Origin: Octopus sinensis
Taxonomy: Eukaryota
Length of the DNA: 53,650 bases
Assembly: GCF_006345805.1 (NCBI RefSeq)
Contig: NW_021833868.1
Span: 1-53,650, forward strand
Direction of reading: 5' to 3'
Part shown: one piece after another, positions 11,676-23,637 of the stretch
How the letters are laid out: each line of letters begins with the position of its first letter
How positions within the stretch are numbered: position 1 is the stretch's first letter
Translations under genes and position numbers: made by a program
Notes under the pieces: model-generated
Told to the model about the DNA's origin: nothing
The model's database searches: none
Seen by the model: only the letters and a program-made list of their open reading frames with translations

Positions 11676-11768
11676 TTGTGTCTGTGTTATCCCCACCTTC
11701 CACAACATCGCTTGACAACCGATGTTTGCGTGTTCACATCCCCGAAACTTAGCGGTTCGGTAAAAGAG
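11676..11768 (+). mobile_element. SINE family A tail fragment
   Basis: ATCGCTTGACAACCGATGTTTGCGTGTTCACATCCCCGAAACTTAGCGGTTCGGTAAAAGAG matches the reverse complement of 3120-3190. Confidence 0.75.
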
Positions 11769-11894
11769 AGGAGAGAAGGAGAGTGAGGGAGCAGACAGAA
11801 AGAGAGAAGAGAGAAAGAGAGTAAGAGAGAAGAGGGAAAGAGAGTAGGGGTGAAAAGATGTAGGAGGGAAGAGAAGTAGGAGTCGGGGAGGAGG

Positions 11895-12240
11895 TTAGAT
11901 GAAAAAGGGAGGAGAGTTGAGCCCAAATGGCGTAAAAGAGCGAAGAGAGAAGATTAATCCTTGTTCACGGCGCAAACTGGAGTCCGGATGGCCTCTGTGC
12001 AAGGACAATCCGAACACAGACAGGTGTTGCAAGGAGTGGCCGGTAGAGCAGAAATGGCGTGAGACTGGGTTGTCATTGGCGAGGCGGAAGGCTCGGAGGT
12101 GTTCCGCGAACCGGTCAGCCAAGCGGCGTCCCGGTTGTCCGATGTACAGGGAATGGCAGAGAGAGCAGGAGATGCAATAAATGATATTGCTGGAGGTGCA
12201 GGTGAAGGAGTCGATGATGGGTGCCGGTGAGGAGGGTGGT
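11895..12240 (-). pseudogene. Penelope-like element GIY-YIG endonuclease fragment (open frame)
   Basis: FTCTSSNIIYCISCSLCHSLYIGQPGRRLADRFAEHLR...PVSRHF...REQGLIFSL...PFGLN carries the PLE CxxC-type GIY-YIG signature (IY..C..C..YIG, R..EH, RE, GLN). Confidence 0.9.
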
Positions 12241-12699
12241 GTTGGAGACATCTATCTATCATCTATCTATCTATTTATTTATTTATCTATCTATCTATCA
12301 ATCTATCTTTCTAGTTATCTATCTATCTATCCTATCTATCTATTTACACACACACACACACTCACACACACACACACACATGTAGAGAGATAAGTAAGTG
12401 AGAGAGAAATATAGAGGGTGAGAGAGGGGATGAAAGAGAGAGAGAGAAAGAGGGAATGGGTGAGATAGAAATGTGTGTGTGCAATATTTTAAGTTAGTTT
12501 CCCAATTATCGATCTGTGTTCAAGTGGAACAGAAAAATGCCGAGGCGTGCTCAACACTGAAGAAGGCAAATGTCTTGGAATCACTACAAAATATTTGGCA
12601 GTATTTACAAAGTTTGAAAAAAATGTGTTAAAAATACGCATTGGGCTTCGAAAACTTGGTATTATCCGATTGGAAAAAAAAGAAAAATAACATCAAAGG

Positions 12700-13380
12700 A
12701 AACGTCATGACCACCAGGAGTATCACCGCCGCCATCATAACTAACAGCAGCAACAGCAGTAGCAAGGACCACAACAGCAACAGTAGCAATATCGTCAGCA
12801 GCAATATCCACAAAGACTATCACCATCGCAACCGACAACAACAACAACAACAATGACAATACCAGCGCCACTTCCAAAAAAAAAAAAAAGAAAACAGCTG
12901 CAATAACCACAAGATCAGAAACATCACCATTACCAATAATAACAAAAACAACAATACTACCACTCTCAAGAGCAGCAGCAGCAGCAGCAACACCCCCGTC
13001 ACCACCACCTACACCACCACCACCAAAATCACCACTACCACTACCACTACCACGACGACGACCACCACGACCACCACCACTAAAACCACCACCACCACCA
13101 AAACCACCACCACCACCAAAACCACCACCTACACCACTACCACTACCACGACGACGACCACCACCATCATCACCACCAAAACCACCACCACCACCACCAA
13201 AACCACCACCACCACTACCACCACCACTACCCACCACTACCACCATACCACCAAGAACAAGAACAACGACGAAAACGACAGCAATAACAATAACAACTAC
13301 AACATCACCAACAATAAACAATGACGCACCATCACTACCAACAACCGCAACAACAACAACAACAACAACCGCAACAACAA
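12700..13380. repeat. degenerate (AAC)n/(CAG)n/(CAC)n trinucleotide array with internal block duplication
   Basis: CCACTACCACTACCACGACGACGACCACCAC occurs twice about 95 nt apart. Confidence 0.85.
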
Positions 13381-13788
13381 CTTTTGCATCTCACCTTGCT
13401 TAGCTGTAGTTTGCCATTTCCAACGGAAGCCAAGTGGAAGTTTCCCACCTATGATGGAGTTCTTCATAGAGTCTGGGAAGGTTTAGCTTCGGTCTGGCAG
13501 GGTATGAGATCGATATAGCATCACTTCCGGATAGATGCTGGCTTTTCCTGACAGACACCTCTCAGTGTGTGGGTTCTGTCTTCAATTCCAGCTGAGATGA
13601 AGTCAACAATCATAGAACAGAAATACTTCCCTTTCTCTGTGTGTGTGTGTGTACGTCCATGTGTATGTGTGAATGTGCATGTGTAGATGTATATATATAT
13701 ATGTATATGTATATATATATGTATGTATGTTTATGTATATTTATGTATGTATGTATATATCAATCATAAAAAAATTGTGCAGCAATAC

Positions 13789-13864
<76 letters not shown>

Positions 13865-13945
13865 ATAGACAGAGTTAAAAGATAGCTAGCTTGTATATAC
13901 ATACATGCATACATCCACACACCACAGGCATACGCACATACACAC

Positions 13946-13994
<49 letters not shown>

Positions 13995-14379
13995 GCGTGC
14001 GTATATGTGTGTATGTGTGTATGTGTGGTATGTGTCTGTGTGAGTCTATGTACATATATATATGTATATTTATTTTTATCTGTGTACATGACTACCTGTC
14101 CGTTTGTCTGTCTATTTTCCCGTCTGTCAGACTAAATACTTTTTAAGGAAAATGCCAAAACTCATTATCACACTTTCTTCTTTCCCTTTTATGATTACTA
14201 AGCAAGGTTGCGAAAAGGTTTCGATTGAAAATAGAAACCGTATAAAGAATTCATACCTTTATCGGACTCAGGCAATTCTGCCTGGGCAAATATAGAGATT
14301 CAGAGAATGAAATTCCCTTAGTTGGTCTTCACTTTTTGTTTGGTTTGAGTCAACTTTTGGTTGCATATTAAGTTAACAG

Positions 14380-14900
14380 TCTTCAGTTACACACCGACGA
14401 AATGTACCTCCTCATGGTATCTATCCATTGCTCAATGGAAAAGATGCGGTAATAAAATGTCTCACGTCCCAAATATATATTTACGGCGAGCTAGAATGCA
14501 CTTTACTCCTGAGCCAATTCACAGAGAGGTAGACTGTATTTTAACGTGGTATCAATTCATATTTAAACGAACAGTACGTAATTATGGTACATACATGCAG
14601 ATAGTACGATGTGACTAAAGCAAGATACAGTCCAGTTTCTCTTTTGTATGGAAATCAGGAAGACTTCGATTCTCAGAAATCCTGATACAAACAAAAATAT
14701 TCAAAACTAAACGAGGCATAAGGCTGTACAAACGTAATCGGTTGAGTTAGAATATTGGATTTAGATTTGCAAAATAATAATCATATTATAAATTAAAAGA
14801 TTGCCATCCGGTTCAGAAGACAGATGTAGTCTGTGGAGTTTACCCGAGTAGATCGCTGGTACATGTATTATTGTTCATAAAACGATAAAAGGCAAAGGGT
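14380..14900 (+). pseudogene. possible very old PLE RT-thumb / GIY-YIG remnant
   Basis: Frame-shifted echoes YTPT...YL, KDAVIKCL, GELE, then KDCHPVQKTDVV, in the order expected for a Penelope ORF. Weak. Confidence 0.3.
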
Positions 14901-15184
14901 TTTGGGTGAAAATTATCGGGTGTCATGTAGTAGATCGTGATAAGTGACTTAAATCTAATATAATCAATCGATTTAATGGTTTGCTTCTCTTAGTGTCGCT
15001 GCCAGAACTCTTATAAAATAAGAGCTTACCAAAGAAAAGGATGGACTGATGTTAGCACCTTCTGCAATAGCAGAAGTTATCTAAGAGAAGTTAAATGGCT
15101 TCATCTGAGATTCGAAACCTTATAGTTAAGCGGTTTGATAAATTTCAGGACTTTCTCTAGGCAACAGCATCTATATCAAATTAT

Positions 15185-15306
15185 ACCCCGAAAGGATAAA
15201 AGGTAAAGTCGACCTCGGCGGAATTTGAACTCAGAACGTAGCGGCAGACAAAATACCGCTAGGCATTTCGCCCGGCGTCCTAACGTTTCTGCTGGCTCAC
15301 CGCCTT
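15185..15306 (-). mobile_element. SINE family B 5' part with intact head
   Basis: Minus strand reads AAGGCGGTGAGCCAGCAGAAACGTTAGG...GTTCTGAGTTCAAATTCCGCCGAGGTCGACTTTACC. Confidence 0.85.
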
Positions 15307-16074
15307 ATTCTCAAAAATATATTTGTAATGTATGTGTATGTGTACGTGTGTGTGTGTATGTGTGAAATTTTTGTGAATTTCCACCATGATATATTAAAAT
15401 AATTTTAATTCTTTCAACAAAGACTTTGTATATCACAAAAAATAAATAGCAAATAAAAAAAAAAGTTCTCTTGGGAATTCCATTGCCACATCATTCGTAG
15501 AATAAATTCTAGCACCATTAATTATAGTGCTCGTAGGAAAAATAACATACACAAAAATGGTAACGTTGAAGAAAAAAATGGCCACTGTGAATATTATGGT
15601 ATTGAAAATGGCGGTTAAATAAACATATCAATTGAAGCAGAGCTTAAATAGAGCAGTTGTCCTTATTTATGAAACAGGCATTAAATTTATAAACTGAAAC
15701 TTAGATGACAGAGCCCATTGTAGGCGAGTGAATAAAGTCACAGCTTTCTTCTTATATTCTCTGTGAGTTGTATCAGAATTAGACCAATGTTTTCTTTAAA
15801 AAAATACTTTGAAAACGGTTTCATATTTTCTTAGTACTTATTTTTTCTTTCGTTCAGCTATTTGATGATTCTTAAGTAAATATGGTCGGATGATTTACGC
15901 TAGTTTAGATAAAGATGAAATAAATGAGTGAAAGTTTTGCGTTGGAATTATAACAACGCAAAATAAAATCACACAAAAGCATATGTATACACACATAAGA
16001 AACATACATAGACACATTTATTCATTCATACATACATATACATATATAGTCACGCATATTTGCATATATGTGTC

Positions 16075-16145
<71 letters not shown>

Positions 16146-16364
16146 GTTTATACATACATTCTCATGTATATACATATATATGTGTATGTGTTTATCTCCC
16201 CATCTCTCCTTACTCTCTCGTTCTCTCTCACTCTCTCTTTCTCTTTCTCCCTCTTTCTCTCTTTATATACATGTACACACAAGCACACACACATACGAAT
16301 ATGAAATGAAATATTAAAGTTTGTGTAAAACTTATTACAATGGAAAAATTACAAAAAAGTATAC

Positions 16365-16446
<82 letters not shown>

Positions 16447-16462
16447 ATATGTGTGTGTGGTG

Positions 16463-16498
<36 letters not shown>

Positions 16499-16789
16499 AC
16501 GTAGGCATGAATATGCATATATATATAAACATGACTATAGATAGCGCAACTCACTTTTATACACACAACATAAAACATTCAGACACAAGCCACCACACAG
16601 ACAAACATAAATAGACGCCCCCCTCACACTTACACGTACATATCGTACAAATAACCATACATGCATATAATGAATACACATATCATACAGAACAAACCCA
16701 CAAACAAGTACGCACATTCACACACACACACATAATTCATTAGCTTATCTTTCTTCGTTGTTGACTTTTATAAAATTGTTTGAAGCACA

Positions 16790-16790
16790 T

Positions 16791-16857
<67 letters not shown>

Positions 16858-16915
16858 ACTACTACTACTACTACTACTATCAACATCATCATCATCATCA
16901 TCATCATTATTATTA

Positions 16916-16965
<50 letters not shown>
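16790..16965. repeat. compound trinucleotide array (TAC)n(TGC)n(TAC)n(CAT)n(TAT)n
   Basis: Directly visible. Confidence 0.95.
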
Positions 16966-17225
16966 CAGCATCATGTTTGTTCTTGTTGTTGTCTTACTGT
17001 AACGCTCTCCATTTTTAGTATGCTGTCCTGTATTTTTAAGGTTTCCTCTATCTATTTAACTATTATATATTTTGTCTTTTTACTTATTTATATATCATTT
17101 TATTACATCAACTAATATGAGTATCCATTGATTCGGCAGCTTCCGCCGGGAAAATATATATATATACATGTATGCCCGTGTGTGTGTGTATATATATATA
17201 TATAGAGAGAGAGAGAGGGAGAGAC

Positions 17226-17257
<32 letters not shown>

Positions 17258-18029
17258 TAATATATATATATAGTAACTAATTGTACTTTTTGTACATGTA
17301 TTTTTATTTTTGCAGTTTTATGTTTGTCTATGCCAGAAAAAAGCTTTTCGTTCGTCCTCTTGTGTTTGTTTTGTACATGTATTTTAATTTTGCAGTCTTA
17401 TTGTTACGTCTTGTTTGTGTTCGTACTCATTGTGCCCGCTGCTTGAAATTTTATTTTAATTCTCTCGCAGGAAGGCCTATGGATTAGTGTTCTGTTATGC
17501 TTCGAAACATGTCTGACTCCTCTAGCGACACTGATGACGGGGGTTTTGTCCTTGTGTAACCTGTCCTGTATTTGTTTTTTCGTTTTTCCGTTTCTTGTTT
17601 TTTGTTTTTGGCTTTTTCTGTTTCTACGTCTTCTTTGTATGTCCTGTACTCCGTATAATTATTTATATATGCATGTATATATACATGTAGATGTAGGTAC
17701 GTACATATATGTTTGTATGTATGCATATATTTTTTTATTTTCTCCTATATATAGTATATATATATATATACAATATATACTATATATATTATAATATATA
17801 TATATATATATTATATATATATTATATATGATATATATATATATATATAATATATATATATATATTTACATATATCATATATATATATATATATATATAA
17901 TATATTATATATATATATAATATTATATATATAATAATATATATTATAATTCAAATATGAATAAGACGCAGCTCGGGGTATATAAAAAGAAATCGCACAC
18001 ACATACACAAGGTGTGTGTTTGTCTTTTT

Positions 18030-18400
18030 AGTTCGTGGCTCGGCTACATTTTAGGTGTAAGAGAATATCCTCTCAATGCTCCTGGTGTTAGAAACACCAA
18101 GAAGTGAGTTATGGGCAAGCGAGACGGCTAACATCAGGTCCTTTCTCGGAGTGATTTTTCGTGATTTCGCTGTATCTTATCTCTGATACTTTTGACAACC
18201 TGGGGTGTTCAGACACTTCTTTTTCGGCCACATCCAGGTCAATCAGCGGTGGAACCAGTCTCTTGAAATTTCTCCACAATTTTTCAGACTGTTTACGGTT
18301 ATGACAGTATTTCGGTCTATAGTCATTATCTAATTCATAAATATGAATTTATTTAGTCTGAAACAAAAAGAAGACACAATAATTTTTTTATGATGATGTA
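18030..18400 (-). pseudogene. Tc1/mariner-superfamily transposase N-terminal fragment
   Basis: Minus strand TV*KIVEKFQETGSTAD*PGCGRKRSV*TPQVVKSIRDKIQRN...LGVSNTRSIERIF matches the HTH region. Several TGA stops fall where CGA (Arg) is expected. Confidence 0.65.
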
Positions 18401-18435
18401 TAATTTTCATATCTTATCACATTTATTAATTGTTG

Positions 18436-18467
<32 letters not shown>

Positions 18468-18478
18468 TATATATATAT

Positions 18479-18672
18479 CAGTCGCCATGATAGATCGATA
18501 GCCACTACACACATTTTTCCCTCCTTTATTCTCTCCTTGTTTTTTCTGTGTCCCTTTCTGTAGAAGAGCGTAGGCTCGAAAGGTAAAAGACTTTTTCTAT
18601 CCCTGAGCGTTATACTAATACATCTGTTTGTTTTGTACATCACCTGTCCTCGTCTTTTTCGTAAACTGTCCC
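18479..18672 (+). mobile_element. family P1 element inserted in (TA)n
   Basis: CUUU CUGUAGA A GAGC-GUAG-GCUC GAA AGGU A AAAG at 18554-18589 (core and stem III mutated). TA repeats on both sides. Confidence 0.7.
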
Positions 18673-18683
18673 TATATATACAT

Positions 18684-19196
18684 ATCTATATATATAAAAC
18701 TGTAGTTGTGTGAGTGTCTGTCCCCTTCGATTTAGATTCCTAACTACTCCCACATTTTGCGGTGCAGTTTAACCAAATTCGGGTATCTTATAGTCGTGAT
18801 TTATATCGAGCCCGTCTGAGTATTAGCGCGCGTCTACGATGAGTCTACGATTTAAAAAATAATTTAACATCATTTTTTATTCCATTTTAATGCATAATTT
18901 TTCGTGTGTCGATGGCGGCGGAGTTGGCGTCCATGGTCACAGCTGCACCTGTTTTCTTCTCCCCCTTCCCTCCCTCGTGAAGCTGTGGGGAAGGGAGTGT
19001 AAAGAAATCAACGTCGTAATGCGTTGTCAAGGAGACCAGCGTTCTTTTAGAACAACGACTTCATGGCTTGAAGACACCAAAACAGAAATGGCTAAGAAAA
19101 CCCGAATTGGCATCTATAAGGGAAGTAACTCTCTAAAAATGCTTATATAGTTATTTCCCTTACAAACCCGAGCAACGCCGGGCGATACTGCTAGTA
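18684..19196 (-). mobile_element. Helentron/DINE-1-like non-autonomous rolling-circle element
   Basis: Minus strand starts TACTAGCAGTATCGCCCGGCGTTGCTCGGG (short CCCG/CGGG hairpin) and ends GACAGACACTCACACAACTACAGTTTTATATATATAGAT, the end architecture of Helentron-associated interspersed elements. Confidence 0.6.
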
Positions 19197-19213
19197 TATA
19201 TATATATATAAAA

Positions 19214-19385
19214 ATCATTTAACGCCCGCTTCAGTTGAGTGTTGAAAGATATGACAGGGTCTGACGTGCTGCATACCCGCAATCGAGCTCATGTGTCAAG
19301 TTTAACATGGATACCCTTCTTAACGCCAAGCGCTTTGCAGAGTGTACTGGATACTTTTTTCATACCAGCATCACTAATGAGATTT
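19214..19385 (-). mobile_element. RTE-like tail fragment (family R)
   Basis: ATCATTTAACGCCCG...GGATACCCTTCTTAACGCCAAGCGCTTTGCAGAGTGTACTGG. Confidence 0.5.
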
Positions 19386-19560
19386 GCTGTGTAACTTGGA
19401 AGACAGTAAAAGAACAGCGAAAAAGGAAAACGGAAAAGCTCCTACTACTAAAATGGGATTGTGTGGGGAAAGTGGATGTAGGTGGCTTTCTCCCAGGTGA
19501 TGAAATGTTAAATTATGATTGAGGGACAAGCACAGGTGTCTTGCTACAGAGAAAATACAT

Positions 19561-19817
19561 TGCCTAGTGATTAAGCTGTTGCACTCACAATCGCTAGATC
19601 ATGGGTTCAAATCCTAGACCGGACGGCGCGTTGTGTTCTTGAGCAAAACATTTCATTTCACGTTGCTCCATCCACCATTTCGATCATGGGGGATTGTTGG
19701 CCTGCTCGCCTAGCCAGAGGGGTGGCGTCATTTGGAGGCTAAAACAATGCAAAGCGTATTGTGACCAGTGAGGTATAACAAAATCTGATAGTCTGGTCGG
19801 TCACATGATCATGTGAT
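19561..19817 (+). mobile_element. SINE family C variant
   Basis: GCCTAGTGATTAAG (box A-like), GGGTTCAAATCC (box B), TTGAGCAAAACATTTCATTTCACGTTGCTCCA shared with 30892-31206, then a different tail ending GTCACATGATCATGTGAT. Confidence 0.75.
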
Positions 19818-20086
19818 CGTAAGGACAACTCACTTCAGGATGCGCAGGAAAGGTGTCAAGGACAGAACGACTACAAGAATACGAAATTACGCGAAAACTT
19901 AGGCGCGTCAAATATTTAAGCCTTCCATATATTTGAGATAAACAGAACATAGGATGGAGAGATTAAAAAGAAATGTTCAGCAGCGAATGTCTTATGACGA
20001 GGATAAAATATAAACTACATGCCAGAGACACCTGAGCATGCATACACAGGTATATGTCTATATGTAACTCACTCTCTCTCTCTGTT

Positions 20087-20150
<64 letters not shown>

Positions 20151-20225
20151 ATATAATATACGTTTATAATATTTGTTGTGCAAGATTTTTTTTGTTTGTG
20201 AAGTCGTGGTGTTGAAAACAGATAT

Positions 20226-20334
20226 TGTTATATTTCGGAATGGTCATTTTGCCAGTTTAGCTAATAAATAACACGAAATATATAGTGCGTGTGTTTTTAT
20301 TGGCTAAACTGGCAAAATGACCATTCCGAAATAT

Positions 20335-20338
<4 letters not shown>
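20226..20338. repeat. fold-back: 48-49-bp inverted arms, 16-nt spacer
   Basis: TGTTATATTTCGGAATGGTCATTTTGCCAGTTTAGC (36 nt) is perfectly inverted at 20303-20338. Confidence 0.95.
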
Positions 20339-20370
<32 letters not shown>

Positions 20371-20639
20371 CATAGCTATATGCGTGCGTTTATGTGTATA
20401 TATGCCATGAAATCACATGTACCTTATTGTTATCGAATTTGATGACAAGTTACGAATCTTCACTTTTGAATACCTTGACCAATCTCTAACTTCATCTTTG
20501 GCAAATAGCATCGGTCACATCACATCAATACACGCACGCACACACATACATAGTGCACATACAGGTGTTTCTAGGGTTTAATCTGTGAAGGGCACCCATG
20601 GCCCTTAACTGTTTGCATCAGTTCTGATATCTAAACCAG

Positions 20640-20990
20640 TGACATGGTTTAGATATTGGCAACTGTGATATTGACTCTGTGGATAAAATTATGTGAATTC
20701 GTTAGGAAAGGAAATGTTCCAGACATAATGGTCAGAGACAGAATGAAGCGTAGGTGGTGGTGGATTGGACCACAGGGTTCCGTTTCAGGCGACCGCTTAA
20801 TACAAGGATAAAAACTGGGAGTCCAAGGCACAAGAATAAAATGAAGATCTGGATGAACCTGGCTGAGAACACTGCAGAGAAATAGAGGACAGCATGCCTC
20901 TGATTGGAAGCTGAAACGGAAGCACAGGATAAGCCGGGCTGGCTGAAATATGTGGAGGTTCGTAGGGTCAAGCTGTACTGAGGGCTTAAA
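20640..20990 (+). pseudogene. RTE-clade LINE ORF 3' end
   Basis: Frame-broken KRRWWWIG, W..G.R, TWLRT and EAQDKPGW match the C-terminal RRWRWIGH...RGRPxxTW...AQDRxxW signature of RTE elements. Confidence 0.6.
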
Positions 20991-21236
20991 CAAATAAATA
21001 CAAACACAGGCGAACATTTACATAATGAAAGAGAAACAGTAATAAGGAAAGTGGAGTACTCAATACTTGGTTGTTAAGTGCGATGGATTCGTTCATTGAT
21101 GGATGAAGGTTAGAATGTTACGTGACATCTCCACGTATTGCTAGTCATTGGGGCTCACACACACACACAGGTATCTGATAAGCTGCCTACCTATTTACTA
21201 CCAAATTATATTTATTAGAATATGTAGCTGTCTCTC

Positions 21237-21287
<51 letters not shown>

Positions 21288-21589
21288 TATTATATACATT
21301 TGTCTGTATCCTCTCTGTACGCACGCACACAAATATACATATATACACATATATTACATATATACATTCATTCATACACACACACACACACACATATATA
21401 TATAATATATACACACACAAAGACATATATATATGTGTGTATATATATATTTATGTATGCATATATGTACATATATAGTTATATGTATATATATGTAAAT
21501 ATATATATATATATATAACATATATATAACATGTATATGTAATGCATATATATATTTATATGTTTATACGTATATTGTATATGCATATA

Positions 21590-21620
<31 letters not shown>

Positions 21621-21623
21621 CTG

Positions 21624-21679
<56 letters not shown>

Positions 21680-22319
21680 CCTGTCTATCTATCTATCTAT
21701 CTATATAAATAGACAGCTACACAGGTAAAAATGGATAGGTAAACAGAGATGGCGTGGGGAGGGAGGGAGGGAGGTGGAATCTTGACTGAGTGTATTAGCT
21801 AGCTGTAGGTGTCAATTCCTTTTTGTAAACCCAGGGATAAAGAGAGTTCTTCTTTATTCTCCTATTTCCCTTCTGACGTGGAGACACACAGCGTTGCTTC
21901 CATGACGGTTTCGAATGCTACCTGCTGTGCCGTTGAAATCTGCAAGAAAGATGATTTTGTCATGTTTTGAAATGTAGTAAATGAGGTTCGTTATAGGTTC
22001 GTAAAAATACTTCCTCTTTCCTCGTCATGGCTGACGTGTATCTTCTCAACACAGTTCCGTTTATTTTTGCAAGCTTTCCACAATGGTCATCGATTTATAT
22101 ACTCCTTTTTTTTTTTCTTTTTCCTCCATCATCATCTCTCTATCTCTCTGTCTCTCTCTCATTCTGTCTCCCCCTGTCTGTCTTGTGTGTGTGTCTCTCT
22201 CTCTCTCACGATTTGCATCTCCTTGCGCGCGTGCACACACACAACACACACTCACTCACTCGCCCATATACACACATACACAGATTCATTTGTGCCAACC
22301 CGTTATTCCGCTGCCATCT

Positions 22320-22810
22320 TCCACCACCACCACCACCACCACCACTACTTCCACAACCACCGCCAACACTACCATCACCACCACCACCATAACCGCCGCC
22401 GCCACCGCAACCGCCTCCACCGCAACCGCCTCCACCGCAACCGCCTCCACCGCAACCGCCTCCACCGCAACCGCCTCCACCGCAACCGCCTCCACCACAA
22501 CCGCCACTACAGTCACTGCCACCTCCGCCACTGCCACCACCGCCACTACCACTACCACCACCACCACCACCACCACATTCATCAATACCAGCATTACGCA
22601 TGTCACTACCACTACCACTACTAACACATCTAACCGCCACCGCCACTGCCCTCGCCATCGCCATCGCCACTACACTAGTAGCACCACTGCTGCAACTACC
22701 GCCGGAACCATGATCAACGATTCAACCACCACTACTAGCACAACTAACAACATCACCACATCACCACCGCCACCACCACCGCCGCCTACCATCATGAATA
22801 ACAACAACTA
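22320..22810. repeat. GC-rich (CAC/CGC)n array containing a perfect 15-bp minisatellite
   Basis: CCACCGCAACCGCCT x6 exact at 22402-22491 plus a seventh imperfect unit. Confidence 0.95.
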
Positions 22811-23054
22811 CAACAACACCCAGTTCCATTCATATTCTTCCATTTCCCTGTATCCATTTTTTCCTCTTTTCCTTCATACACCCTCACATCTTGTTGTTGT
22901 TCTTGTTGCTGCTGTTGATCTTAATAATGCTAGTGTTATGCTTTTTCCTTATTGTTGTTATTACTGTTGCCAGGAATCGAGGATGTTTGTTCGTGTTGAA
23001 GCTGCGCATATATATATATATATATAAATATGTATATATATAAATGTGTATATA

Positions 23055-23094
<40 letters not shown>

Positions 23095-23335
23095 GAATGA
23101 GGTGTCTCTTCGGTTTCTAACATAAAACTTCGTTGCTATTTTCTGTTCCTACCTCCTATCTTTTTTACTCTATGCAAGTATGTCCTGTTGTTGTTATTAT
23201 TATTGTTGATGTGGTTATCATTTTCTTCTTCTCTTTCCTGCTAAAGATTTTATCAGCGCATATTGTGTACATTACGTACACCAATTATATTCACGCTTAC
23301 ATTTATATGGACGAGCACACAGACGCACACATGTA

Positions 23336-23378
<43 letters not shown>

Positions 23379-23637
23379 GTATACAGATGCATATATATAC
23401 GTATGTATATAATAGTGGATTATGTACATACCCGTAAATTTATATATATATGTGTGTGTATGTGTGTGTGTTTGTGTACATATCTATGTGTACAAAGATC
23501 TAGTATACAATATATAAATTCATAGACGTATTTCATATGTATATAAACATCCTGCCTTGTGTATATGTATATATGTACACACACACACGCGCGCACACAC
23601 TCACATATATATAATCATACATACATTCTGCTATATG

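Noticed and set aside
12557-12582. CTGAAGAAGGCAAATGTC hammerhead-like half
   Set aside because: No GAAA core or stem III follows.
13390-13600. Apparent minus-strand exon with an AAG/GTGAGA donor
   Set aside because: All frames contain stops, and 13570-13610 resembles a decayed family B SINE head.
22402-22491. Regular repeats considered as CRISPR-like
   Set aside because: The units are contiguous with no spacers, the context is eukaryotic, and there are no cas genes.
22083-23027. 314-aa mucin-like Thr/Ala-rich ORF
   Set aside because: It starts in T-rich and (CT)n/(CA)n repeats and ends in (TA)n. Overlapping frames on both strands are equally open, as expected for an in-phase trinucleotide array.
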